The notes under the pieces were generated by a model. That model searched no databases and had not been told where the DNA came from. It saw only the letters and a program-made list of their open reading frames with translations. The translations under genes were made by a program, and so were the position numbers. Shown one piece after another: positions 50,758 through 59,681 of a DNA stretch of 64,000 nt. Every line of letters begins with the position of its first letter. The first letter of the stretch is position 1. The stretch is from NCBI GenBank assembly GCA_963665125.2, contig CAXXUK010000002.1:672001-736000 (forward strand). Reading direction: 5' to 3'. The DNA is from an uncultured Desulfarculus sp. Lineage in GTDB: Bacteria > Desulfobacterota > Desulfarculia > Desulfarculales > Desulfarculaceae.

Positions 50758-52896
50758 TTAGTATTCGTAGGTCAGCGAAACCATGTATAAAGCGCCGGGC
50801 GCTTCGTAGACCGTGGTATAGCACTGCCAGTCGTAGTGCACGTCAAAGATGTTTTCGGCGCTCAGGTCCACGGTGAGCATGTCGAAGAACTTGCGGGAAA
50901 CCTTGGCGTCCATGGTCCAGTAGGAATCCAACTCTTCGGTGTTTTCATTGTCGTTGTACATTTTTCCGACAAAGCGGCCCTGGACGGTAGCGGTGAACCA
51001 CTCCGGCCTGTCGAACGTCAGACCGATGTTGAATTTGTTTTCAGGCGAGACCTCCAGAACATTGCCCACGTTGGAGGGCGTTTCCTCGTCCTTGTCGATC
51101 TCGGACTTGTTGTAGGTGTAGTTGGCAAAGCCGGTCCAATACTCGTGGAAGCTGAACTCCGCCTGGAGTTCAACACCCTTGATCGAAACCTCGCCGATGT
51201 TGTCATAGATTTGCAGCTGATCGGCGATGACGGTACGCGAAGAGATCATATCCTTGACATCGGAGATATAGCCGGTGATATGCAAAGTGACCCACTGACA
51301 GAGCTGGTAATCAGCGCCCAATTCATAGGAAAAGACCTGCTCGGGATCGAGATCCGGGTTGCCCTCGATTATTCTGTTGCCTCGCCTGAGGTTGGTATAC
51401 ATGCGGGCCGGTGTGGGGGCCCGGTATCCGGTGCCCACAGCGCCGCGGAGTTTCAAGCCGGGTATGGCGTGATAGGCCACGCCCAGCTTGGGGTTGAATG
51501 AATCCCAGTCCTTGGTGGGGTAGGTCTTGTCCAGGGGGTCGTCGGGATCGGTCTCGTTGACCGCGCCGTCGAAGTTTTTCCACCAGTCCATGCGGGCGCC
51601 CACGTTGATGATCAACTTGTCGCCCAACAGGGTCGAAACGTCCTGCATGTAGAGGCCGAAATATTCCTGCTTGCCCATGGTGTTCTGGTACGTGTCGCCG
51701 GAGGAACTGAACGAAGTGCGGTGGTGCTCCAACTCGCTATGCTTGAATTCAACGCCAGCGGTAAGCGTGTTCCAATCGGCCAAGGCATAACTAGGCTGGA
51801 AAATCATGCCCCAGAACGGCTTGTCATAGTCTTCGAAACCCGTATAAAGGGAGTGGGCGGGCGTCCTGCCCCTGGCTGTTGAGTTGTCGAATTCCGTGGT
51901 CTGGTAGTCTTTCTGATAAAAAACCGATGCGAGAATGCTTAGGCCATCCGGGTTGTCGCGGCGGTAGGTGGCGTTGACCTTCCCGGTTTTCCGGGGATTG
52001 GTGTTGGAGTAGATGAACCCGCGGTTACGCTCTTCGTGGTAAAAGGCCGCCGTTACGTTGATGCTGCTGAGGTCGTCAATATAATAATAGAGCTTGCCCA
52101 TCAGGTTGTAGATGTCGCGGTCGGTGTTGCTCTCGTATGGTCCGTCATAATCGGCAACAGCTTTGTAGCCTGTGTTTTTGTCTTTTTTACCGCTGAAGTA
52201 GTAGCCCAGCTTGTCGTTGAGAACCCGGCCGGAGATGTTGCCGTAGCCGATCCAGCGTTCCAGGGAGCCGTAGCCGGCCTTGGCCGTAAGACCAACCGGT
52301 TTGTTAACCGGCGATTTGGTGATGATGTTGATGACGCCGCCCATGGCGTTGCCGCCGTATAATGCCGAAGCCGGTCCGCGGACAATCTCGATACGCTCGA
52401 CGTCTTCCTTGGCGATCTGGCTCCAGCCGATATTACCGTCCCATGTGTCGTTTATCGGCAGGCCGTCCACCAGGATGAGGGTTCGGCCCTGGTCGTTGGA
52501 GCCGCCCATGCCTCGCAGCGTAACCGACCTGAAGCCGCCGTAGGCGATATCGCTGCCCCAGAAATCAATACCGGCCTGGGTGCGCAGGAGATCATCCACC
52601 GATGTGGCGGGTGATGCCTCTATCTGCTCAAGTCCGATAACGGTGACAAACGATTGGGTGTCGGAAAGCTTTTCCGGGGTGCGGGTCGCGGTCACCACCA
52701 TTTCGGGTTGGCGAACCGCCGCCTTGGCTTTATCTCCGGAGTCCGCCTGTTCAGCGGTGGCGGGTTGGTCAGTTGTTGTTATTTGGCTCTGGGTGGTGTC
52801 GGCCATCGCGCCGCCCACTGTCGGTACCAAGATAAGGGCCACAGCGCATAGTAGTATCGCCAGCGAAGCCCCAAGGGTGTTTTTGCACATCCTCAC
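50758..52896 (-). CDS. TonB-dependent outer-membrane receptor
   Basis: signal peptide, MVVTATRT TonB-box region, RIEIVRGPASALYG...GGVINIIT plug, C-terminal aromatic residue. Confidence 0.95.
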   Translation of the reverse strand: MRMCKNTLGASLAILLCAVALILVPTVGGAMADTTQSQITTTDQPATAEQADSGDKAKAAVRQPEMVVTATRTPEKLSDTQSFVTVIGLEQIEASPATSVDDLLRTQAGIDFWGSDIAYGGFRSVTLRGMGGSNDQGRTLILVDGLPINDTWDGNIGWSQIAKEDVERIEIVRGPASALYGGNAMGGVINIITKSPVNKPVGLTAKAGYGSLERWIGYGNISGRVLNDKLGYYFSGKKDKNTGYKAVADYDGPYESNTDRDIYNLMGKLYYYIDDLSSINVTAAFYHEERNRGFIYSNTNPRKTGKVNATYRRDNPDGLSILASVFYQKDYQTTEFDNSTARGRTPAHSLYTGFEDYDKPFWGMIFQPSYALADWNTLTAGVEFKHSELEHHRTSFSSSGDTYQNTMGKQEYFGLYMQDVSTLLGDKLIINVGARMDWWKNFDGAVNETDPDDPLDKTYPTKDWDSFNPKLGVAYHAIPGLKLRGAVGTGYRAPTPARMYTNLRRGNRIIEGNPDLDPEQVFSYELGADYQLCQWVTLHITGYISDVKDMISSRTVIADQLQIYDNIGEVSIKGVELQAEFSFHEYWTGFANYTYNKSEIDKDEETPSNVGNVLEVSPENKFNIGLTFDRPEWFTATVQGRFVGKMYNDNENTEELDSYWTMDAKVSRKFFDMLTVDLSAENIFDVHYDWQCYTTVYEAPGALYMVSLTYEY

Positions 52897-53112
52897 TGCT
52901 GTTTCCTTCCAGGGTCCGCCGTGCTACTATCAGTACGGGGACCACGCCTATGGTAATAGTGATCCCTGACAAGCGGGCCCGCGTGTTTTCGCCGACCGGG
53001 GTCCGCTTGTTGCGTATTGCGCCGATTGCATTGCTGCAAACGTCACTTCATTAAATATAATAGATAATTAGGACAAGCTTCTTGGTTGGGCCGCCGCTCC
53101 TGTCTCCCCCAT

Positions 53113-53151
53113 AAAAATAGGCCTACCGGTGGCGTTTCCACCGATAGGCCT
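53113..53151 (-). terminator. intrinsic terminator-like hairpin upstream of the uptake operon
   Basis: minus strand aggcctatcggtgg-aaacg-ccaccggtaggcct-attttt. Confidence 0.6.
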
Positions 53152-53466
53152 TCATGACCAGCTATTGGTTTTTTGATTCGTTAGGTTTAGTTCGGTTTCA
53201 CACCGAGATTAACTGCACATGCATAACTAAAACTCCGTTTTCTGTCAACCATATTCTCGTAGCAACAGGCAACCCAACCTGTATATCAATTTTCTGAAAA
53301 TGAAAAGTGTGTTGCTCATATGACTTAAGTCCCCAGTGTCATCCATCAGTGGGGTCTCTTGTACTGGACTTTTGTGAAATTTGCTGCCGAGTATCAAACG
53401 AGTATCAAAAAATATCATTTTAAAGCAAAAAGGGTTACGCCATATGACGTAACCCTTTGAAATCAT

Positions 53467-53511
53467 TGGTGGGCGGTGCGGGATTCGAACCCACGGCCTT
53501 TGGCTCCGGAG
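53467..53511 (-). pseudogene. 3' half of a tRNA-Arg(CCG): att-site relic
   Basis: minus strand ctCCGgagccaaaggccgtgggTTCGAATcccgcaccgcccaCCA; followed by a ggttacg/cgtaacc hairpin like the other att copies. Confidence 0.8.
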
Positions 53512-53640
53512 CGCAATGCCCTATCAAGTTATTTCAAGCACTTACCCTACCCTTTGACACTCACCACGAGTATCAAAAATGCACCAATATTATGATCAGC
53601 AAGGCCCACCACCCTTCCTGTTTTAAGCCGACGAAGCACG

Positions 53641-54657
53641 TCAGGCATCAACAGACAGGGCCCGCTTGATCATGCGTTCAACGGCATCTGTCAGATTCAC
53701 GTATTGCAAATCCACCTCCGGGTGGGACTTGGCAAAAACGCGGAACAACTCGTCGGCAAAGGCCTGCCCGATCTCGGCGACGTCTGTGAAGTCCAACACC
53801 ACGCGCTTAAATCGTTCGAAACGTTGGTATAACCGTTTGGCCTGGGAGCGCGACACCAGCTTCTCGCCTTCGTATTGGGCCAAGTGCACGGGAACCACAG
53901 TTTCGGCAAAACTATACTCTTCGGGGGCAGCGAAGCGGTCAAACACCTCCTGCATAATCCTTTGGCTCTGGTTGGCCAACTGCAACCGCACCACGGTGCC
54001 TGATACATCATCACTGCCATCCTTCAATATATCGGCTTGGCCGTGATCATGTTGAAAATGCAACCCGCCCGACATAATGGCGAATTCATCAAAAAGCTTG
54101 GACGCGAAGAAAATACCCTCCCCTGAGTGTCGGGCTGGGTCGGTGGTGAATTTTCCCTTTGCCAGTTCAAGGATTGACTCGCGTGGATCGTACAGGCCCA
54201 GCGCCAACTGAATCTTGTGGAAAATGCCCACGCCGTCATCCTTGATTTGGGCGCAAGCGTGATGGGCATTACCCTGCACCAGTATTTTCAGTTGGCTGCC
54301 TTCAGAATGGTCAATGGCGTTGTTGACCATTTCCGTAACACCGTAATGCCAGATATCGCGCACGCTGAAGGGCAGATCGGCCAGCTTCGGCGCAAAACTC
54401 TCTCGCCAAACCAGATCCTCACTCAACCCCTCCAAGTGGTAGTCTCGTGTCTCCTCCCATAGGATGGCTAAGCTGTAAACCCGAGCGCGAGTGCTACCCG
54501 TGGCTGTTACAAGCTTCTTATCAACAAGCCGTCGCAGATGAGCGTTGACAGCTTGGCGGGAAATGCCTAATTCGACCGCCAGACGGGGGGCTACGTTACT
54601 ACCATCCTGGGCGATCAGGGCCAAAGCCTGCTGTTCAACTGATTCTTTGTCAAGCAT
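53641..54657 (-). CDS. wHTH + HATPase_c + STAS-like (DUF4325) protein
   Basis: ISRQAVNAHL; EMVNNAIDHS, DDGVGI, GEGIFF; SRSQAKR...LDF...IGQAFADE. Confidence 0.85.
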   Translation of the reverse strand: MLDKESVEQQALALIAQDGSNVAPRLAVELGISRQAVNAHLRRLVDKKLVTATGSTRARVYSLAILWEETRDYHLEGLSEDLVWRESFAPKLADLPFSVRDIWHYGVTEMVNNAIDHSEGSQLKILVQGNAHHACAQIKDDGVGIFHKIQLALGLYDPRESILELAKGKFTTDPARHSGEGIFFASKLFDEFAIMSGGLHFQHDHGQADILKDGSDDVSGTVVRLQLANQSQRIMQEVFDRFAAPEEYSFAETVVPVHLAQYEGEKLVSRSQAKRLYQRFERFKRVVLDFTDVAEIGQAFADELFRVFAKSHPEVDLQYVNLTDAVERMIKRALSVDA

Positions 54658-55057
54658 ATCCGCCCCTATTGGAATTTATTTTGACCAGCATTGTCAACCA
54701 GGCCACGTTTATTGTCAAGGTAAGTTTGCCCCAAAAACACTAACCAGGCTTTATGAAGCGTATGCGGTTAGGCTCCAGTGCCACCACCTTTGGTGGTTGA
54801 TCCGGAAGGCCAAGGGCTACGATGCCGCACAGGGTGATATCGTCGAGCATGTAACGGTTTAGGTTAGTACCTGGTCTTGAGCCAATAGGCGCCGGTGCCC
54901 AAGGTCACCGCACCGGTGTATATGCCCTTAGACGAAAAAGAGGAGTACCGTCGTCGACGGTACTCCTCATCAACTTACTGATATGTCACATATTACAGAC
55001 ATACATCGTTAGCCAAACTAAGAATTGGCATTTCTAAATAGAACATCAGAACTCTGA

Positions 55058-57847
55058 TCATAAATCCCATGTCGCATGTTCGACTTCTTCTGAATCATCA
55101 TTTTCCGCATCGTCGTTTTCAGCGATATCACCCAAAAAATCTGGATCAAAGACATACATCCTTTTCGAAGTACCAAGGGCATTAATTCTTACAGACTTGG
55201 TCGGATTACCCTCGCTGTCAGTTGGCAAATTTCCGAGCCGAACCAATTCGCTCGCGATCATTTTTGAATCAAACCCTTTGCACATTTCGTGTGTAAATAC
55301 ACGTGGGTACACAAAATAGCGGATTCCGCCATCAACTTCTTCATAAAAGCCAGCTCTATCACGAGCCTTTTGCCCTGTACCATCTCTGGGTTCGAACCTG
55401 CCATTGCCATACTGCAGCAAAAAGTCCCGAACCTGCTCAACACCTCGATCAATTTCATACGCTCCATGACCGCCGCGTTCAGCAAGCCATGCGTCAAAGA
55501 CCTTAGCAAGACCAACTTCGATTTCTTGTGGAGAAATAGGCCAGATTTTTGCGGTAGCCGCCAAAGACCCGGCAGCGTACAGAACGCCAAACTTCTTCGC
55601 TACCCTGAAAACTTGACCGTCAGCACCAGCAGGACAATGCTTGCGCACAAAATGGTCTCGGGCCTTTTTTATCCAGGGAGCAAACATATCTTCACGTGTA
55701 GTAATTACTGCAATGAATGCCCTGATCGGTATACCATAATATTTTCTGCTAGATGCGGCCAAGTGGTCGGCAAACCTGGCCCCATCAGCGAACCCGTGCA
55801 AATCCTCAAACAAACCCAGACCAGCACCGGCATCAGCAGGGATATCAATCAAGCGTAATTCCTGGCCGGCTTTAATCCGTAGGCCAGCTTCGTGCATCTT
55901 TTCAGCAAGTGCCAATTCGCCAGAGCTGAAAAACAGAGTCGTCCACTTTGCCGCCGAACGCGCCATGCCCGTCTGATTTGCCCTCGTTTTACCAACACCA
56001 TTGGCAAGCATATAAGCTATTTTGCCAGCTATCATGCCATCGACTTGGCCAAGTTCATCCAAGCACAACAAAGAATCATTATGAATCAGCGCTACGCCTT
56101 CCAATCCATTATCGGTTGCACGCCAAGAACGACAATAACCGTTACGATCATCGCCGCCCCAAACAGAGCCTGCGACGTTCAAGGCGACTGTTTTGCCGAT
56201 AGAGGACCGTCCTCTAAGGTGCACTCCAAATGACTCCATCTGAGTAAGGCTTAAAAACGGGGCAGCGAAGGCCGATGCGGCAGCAAGAATCAACCGGGAG
56301 TTGCCCTTGCACAGTTTACCGACCTCTTCTTGCCACTCGGGTAGCGTCCCGGAAGCAATAAATGCATGATCCGGCTGGTAATCCGCCTGGAATATTATTT
56401 GCTCGGCTTGTGGTGGTCCAAAGACATCGCCACCCAAAACGAAATTGGAACCACACCATCCGAACCGCTCCACGCATCGATGCAGCGGTAAATTATTCCG
56501 CGATAGGATGTAGTGGAGGACTTCGTTCTCATGCGCATCCGGCTCAATTTCTAGGCCAAGATCAATCAAGGTTCCCAATGCGTCTTTACCCTTCAGGTTC
56601 AACTGCACCATTGGGATGGCTATCGTTTTTTCTACACCATCATGGTTTAAAAGAGTGAGTTGGCGTCCCCATCCCTCACTGGAGGTATTTCTGGTTTTCG
56701 CATCAACGGTTAGAGGCGAACAAATGCGCTGAAGTTCAGAGCCACCAGCACCATCTTTGCCCTTGCCACCTATACGCTTGTACACGCCATCATCTTCACA
56801 TACATACAGGTCGTTATCTTCGTCTTGGATGCCCTGCTCATTGGCTGGGGCAGGCACTGAAATTGCTGCTGCAACCTGAGCACGCACAACTTCAAGCCCC
56901 TCCAACGCATGGAGATCGTTGAAGTCCGTGCCGCAGTTTTCATCGCTAAATTCGGGTATCGCAAGCATTGCGCCATATTTGGCAGCTACCGCGGTGGCTC
57001 CCGTTTTTCCAGGGTTGCCATCGGTGTTATAGTCATCATCGCCGCAAATAATCAGCTGGCGGGCGGGAAACCTGCTCCGCACAATTCGGGCGATATTTAT
57101 TAGGTTGCTCAGCGACAATGCAGCAAATACGGTATATCCGGTCGCCATGTTCAGCGATGCCGCAGTTGCAAAGCCTTCACATACTATTACGGTACCGTCA
57201 CTGCCCTCCACGAACGGGTAGTACCCGTTCTTCATCTTTCCACCCGGCAGGTTGCGCTTCTCCCCTTCACCAGAAATTCGGTGGATGCTCTGCACGAAGC
57301 CGTCTTCGCCATACACCGGCACCAACAGGACATTATTCTCGTCAACCCGCAGATCATCTCGGCTTTTTATGCCCTTTTTAACCAGATACGGGTGTTCATC
57401 AGTACAGCACGCAGACTTATTCAGCAGATCTTCAGCGAACTTTGCTGCTTTTTCCTGTCCTGCCCGGCACTCTTCTTCTTGCTGCTGCTTAGCTTTTTCC
57501 TTATATTCACGGTAGTTATCTTTCTCCGGAGCAGTCATCTTGGCGGGGTCTTTTGAGCACCATTTTATTTCTTTACCGGTAACCCAATTTAGTCCCCAAC
57601 CACCATAGAAGGTTCCATTATCAAATGCGACATAAGCGCCATCCTTGCCACCGGTCTTGCTTTGCACCGGACACCGACACATCGTCCCATCAGGGGTAAT
57701 ACCCACGGGGCAGAGGCCGATTTCTTCGAGTTCGGCCTCAAACTCCGCCATAGCTTTAATTTCATCTTTAATATCAGTATTTCTCGTGATCAGTTCATTC
57801 GGGGCTTCACCCTTTCCGCGCTTTACGGCGCAATTGTCTTTTTCCAT
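55058..57847 (-). CDS. Toprim primase fused to DUF927 helicase (island/satellite replication protein)
   Basis: HPYL.KKG, VCEGFATA, CGDDD, TDFNDLH; GRSSIGKT, WRATDNGLE, LDELGQ. Confidence 0.9.
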   Translation of the reverse strand: MEKDNCAVKRGKGEAPNELITRNTDIKDEIKAMAEFEAELEEIGLCPVGITPDGTMCRCPVQSKTGGKDGAYVAFDNGTFYGGWGLNWVTGKEIKWCSKDPAKMTAPEKDNYREYKEKAKQQQEEECRAGQEKAAKFAEDLLNKSACCTDEHPYLVKKGIKSRDDLRVDENNVLLVPVYGEDGFVQSIHRISGEGEKRNLPGGKMKNGYYPFVEGSDGTVIVCEGFATAASLNMATGYTVFAALSLSNLINIARIVRSRFPARQLIICGDDDYNTDGNPGKTGATAVAAKYGAMLAIPEFSDENCGTDFNDLHALEGLEVVRAQVAAAISVPAPANEQGIQDEDNDLYVCEDDGVYKRIGGKGKDGAGGSELQRICSPLTVDAKTRNTSSEGWGRQLTLLNHDGVEKTIAIPMVQLNLKGKDALGTLIDLGLEIEPDAHENEVLHYILSRNNLPLHRCVERFGWCGSNFVLGGDVFGPPQAEQIIFQADYQPDHAFIASGTLPEWQEEVGKLCKGNSRLILAAASAFAAPFLSLTQMESFGVHLRGRSSIGKTVALNVAGSVWGGDDRNGYCRSWRATDNGLEGVALIHNDSLLCLDELGQVDGMIAGKIAYMLANGVGKTRANQTGMARSAAKWTTLFFSSGELALAEKMHEAGLRIKAGQELRLIDIPADAGAGLGLFEDLHGFADGARFADHLAASSRKYYGIPIRAFIAVITTREDMFAPWIKKARDHFVRKHCPAGADGQVFRVAKKFGVLYAAGSLAATAKIWPISPQEIEVGLAKVFDAWLAERGGHGAYEIDRGVEQVRDFLLQYGNGRFEPRDGTGQKARDRAGFYEEVDGGIRYFVYPRVFTHEMCKGFDSKMIASELVRLGNLPTDSEGNPTKSVRINALGTSKRMYVFDPDFLGDIAENDDAENDDSEEVEHATWDL

Positions 57848-58039
57848 TTTTCACCTGTTGTTTTGTCGACCTCACTTCTCGGAGGTTGTTAAGGGTTAAA
57901 CGCTCAGGGGACCAACCCTCCTTTTTGAGTCCCCGGGGAAAAGTACTCGTGATTACCGCACTCAGCAGCCAGTACTGTAGTCGACAAGTCATATCCGATA
58001 CCGTGTAGACTGCCGTTTGAGAATGCGGGCGTTTTCTTA

Positions 58040-58325
58040 TTTGTCATGAATTTTTTTCGAGCATCTTTCTGCATGATTAGTTCAAAAAATATAGCCCATG
58101 TGCCTCGTCAGAGGTATAGCAACACGGGCGCTCATTTGAACGTGATTTGCTTTACCGTTTGTCATGAATTATTTTCGAGCCTGCGGCTGCACGATCGGTT
58201 CAAAACATTGATGCACGTGCCTCGCTGGCAATACGGCAATGCGGATGCTCATGTGCGCGTGATTTGCTTTCGTGTTTGTCGTGAATCATTTTTAAGCCTG
58301 TGACTGCACGATTGGTTCAAAAAGT
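58040..58325. repeat. about 2.4 imperfect tandem repeats of 117-118 bp
   Basis: units start tttgtc(a/g)tgaat at 58040, 58158 and 58275; shared ctgca.gat..gttcaaaa, gtgcctcg and cgtgatttgcttt. Confidence 0.8.
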
Positions 58326-58458
58326 CTTTCAGCTTGCCGGACATATTGGTACCCTTATTAAAGGTCGCCATAAACCATCCATGGGGTTGTAGCCGCCGTC
58401 TACCCCGAACAAGGATGTGCTCAAAGACTGTTATTTTGAGCAATCGGCTCATTGAGAG

Positions 58459-59277
58459 TTGCACATGTGTAGGACGCGGAAAATTTTTTCTGAGGAAGAG
58501 ATTCTGGCACTTGCCGGAAAAATTGAGTCGGAAGAACGCGTCCCCAACACAAAAATTCTGGCCAAGGCTGTAACGCTGGCCTTTTATTTGATGTTGACCC
58601 GCGACGAATTGCTCAGTTTGAAATTTGCCGATTTCGCTGGTCTTAACAATCCCGGCATTGTCGATCTGTTTTCGGTAGTCCGCAGACAAGCCATTGGGAT
58701 CCCGGAAAATGCAGTAGCGAGTCTAGCCAGTGTGCAGAGCTGTTTTCAATATCATGTTGACCAACTGTGCGCTGAATACGACACAACCCAAGAAGGCTTC
58801 CCTCTTTTCCCGGACAAAAAGGGCAATTACTATAAGATATCAACTATTCGCAGTCACCTACATATGCATGACGATGAAGCAAGCTGGCAAGATATACGCG
58901 TATCAGGTATGCGTTATCATTACAACTTGCTTAAGGTCTGTAGGATCACCAGGTATAGAGCCACTGAACTTGTGGCCCAAATGTCTGGCAACAAATTCAG
59001 GTGGACGAATGATATTTTGACCAACCCCAAGCTACCGGCTCACAGGGTCAGGGCTCTACAGGAAGATGCGTATACGCTTTTCATGAATGAAATTGATTCT
59101 GGTTTGTTTGACAGAAATTCAGACCGAGAACTATCCGATCGCTTTGATGTGCTCATTTCGCATTTCACATATTTTCCAATACAAAGAGACTCAGATGATA
59201 GGCTCAACAGATACATAGACAGTCTCAACCGACAACTCGTACAACGAGGAATCGCGTATCGGTTTCCCCCAGGCTGA
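58459..59277 (+). CDS. degenerate tyrosine-recombinase-fold protein
   Basis: LMLTRDELLSLKFAD (box I-like), FPLFP, WQDIR in place of HxLR, QMSGN in place of LGH; start uncertain. Confidence 0.5.
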   Translation: MHMCRTRKIFSEEEILALAGKIESEERVPNTKILAKAVTLAFYLMLTRDELLSLKFADFAGLNNPGIVDLFSVVRRQAIGIPENAVASLASVQSCFQYHVDQLCAEYDTTQEGFPLFPDKKGNYYKISTIRSHLHMHDDEASWQDIRVSGMRYHYNLLKVCRITRYRATELVAQMSGNKFRWTNDILTNPKLPAHRVRALQEDAYTLFMNEIDSGLFDRNSDRELSDRFDVLISHFTYFPIQRDSDDRLNRYIDSLNRQLVQRGIAYRFPPG

Positions 59278-59681
59278 GCGAAAGACACCTTTTCATCATT
59301 GTTTTCAGCCATAGCACTGCCAGGCTCCACGCGACCTAGGAGTCTCTTTGTAACACCCGTAACGTCATGATCCCCCAAAGATGTTACAGCGTTTACTATT
59401 TCATTTCAGTTAGATAACACCTGTAACACCTGCAACAACATTTATTCACGCCTTCTCAAAGAGCAGCGTTGGCTACCGTGCCACTCAAACCCTGGCAGTT
59501 TCAAAATTCTTTTGCTTTACCTTAGCAACTACCTAGAAGTGCCAGCAGGCCAAAAGGGACCACGGCTGTCTGTATTTTTCCTGCTGCTTCAACGAGTTTC
59601 TCTCTGCCACGAGAATCCGGATGCCTTTACCCTCTGCCCTATTTGCGACCACTTGCATGGTCGCAGCATCTTGGACAAACT

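Noticed and set aside
52897..53245. Cobalamin riboswitch upstream of the BtuB-like receptor
   Set aside because: I could not recognise the B12-box consensus; kept only as an unidentified structured region.
53467..53511. Second functional tRNA gene
   Set aside because: Only the anticodon loop to CCA is present; the 5' half and D-arm are missing.
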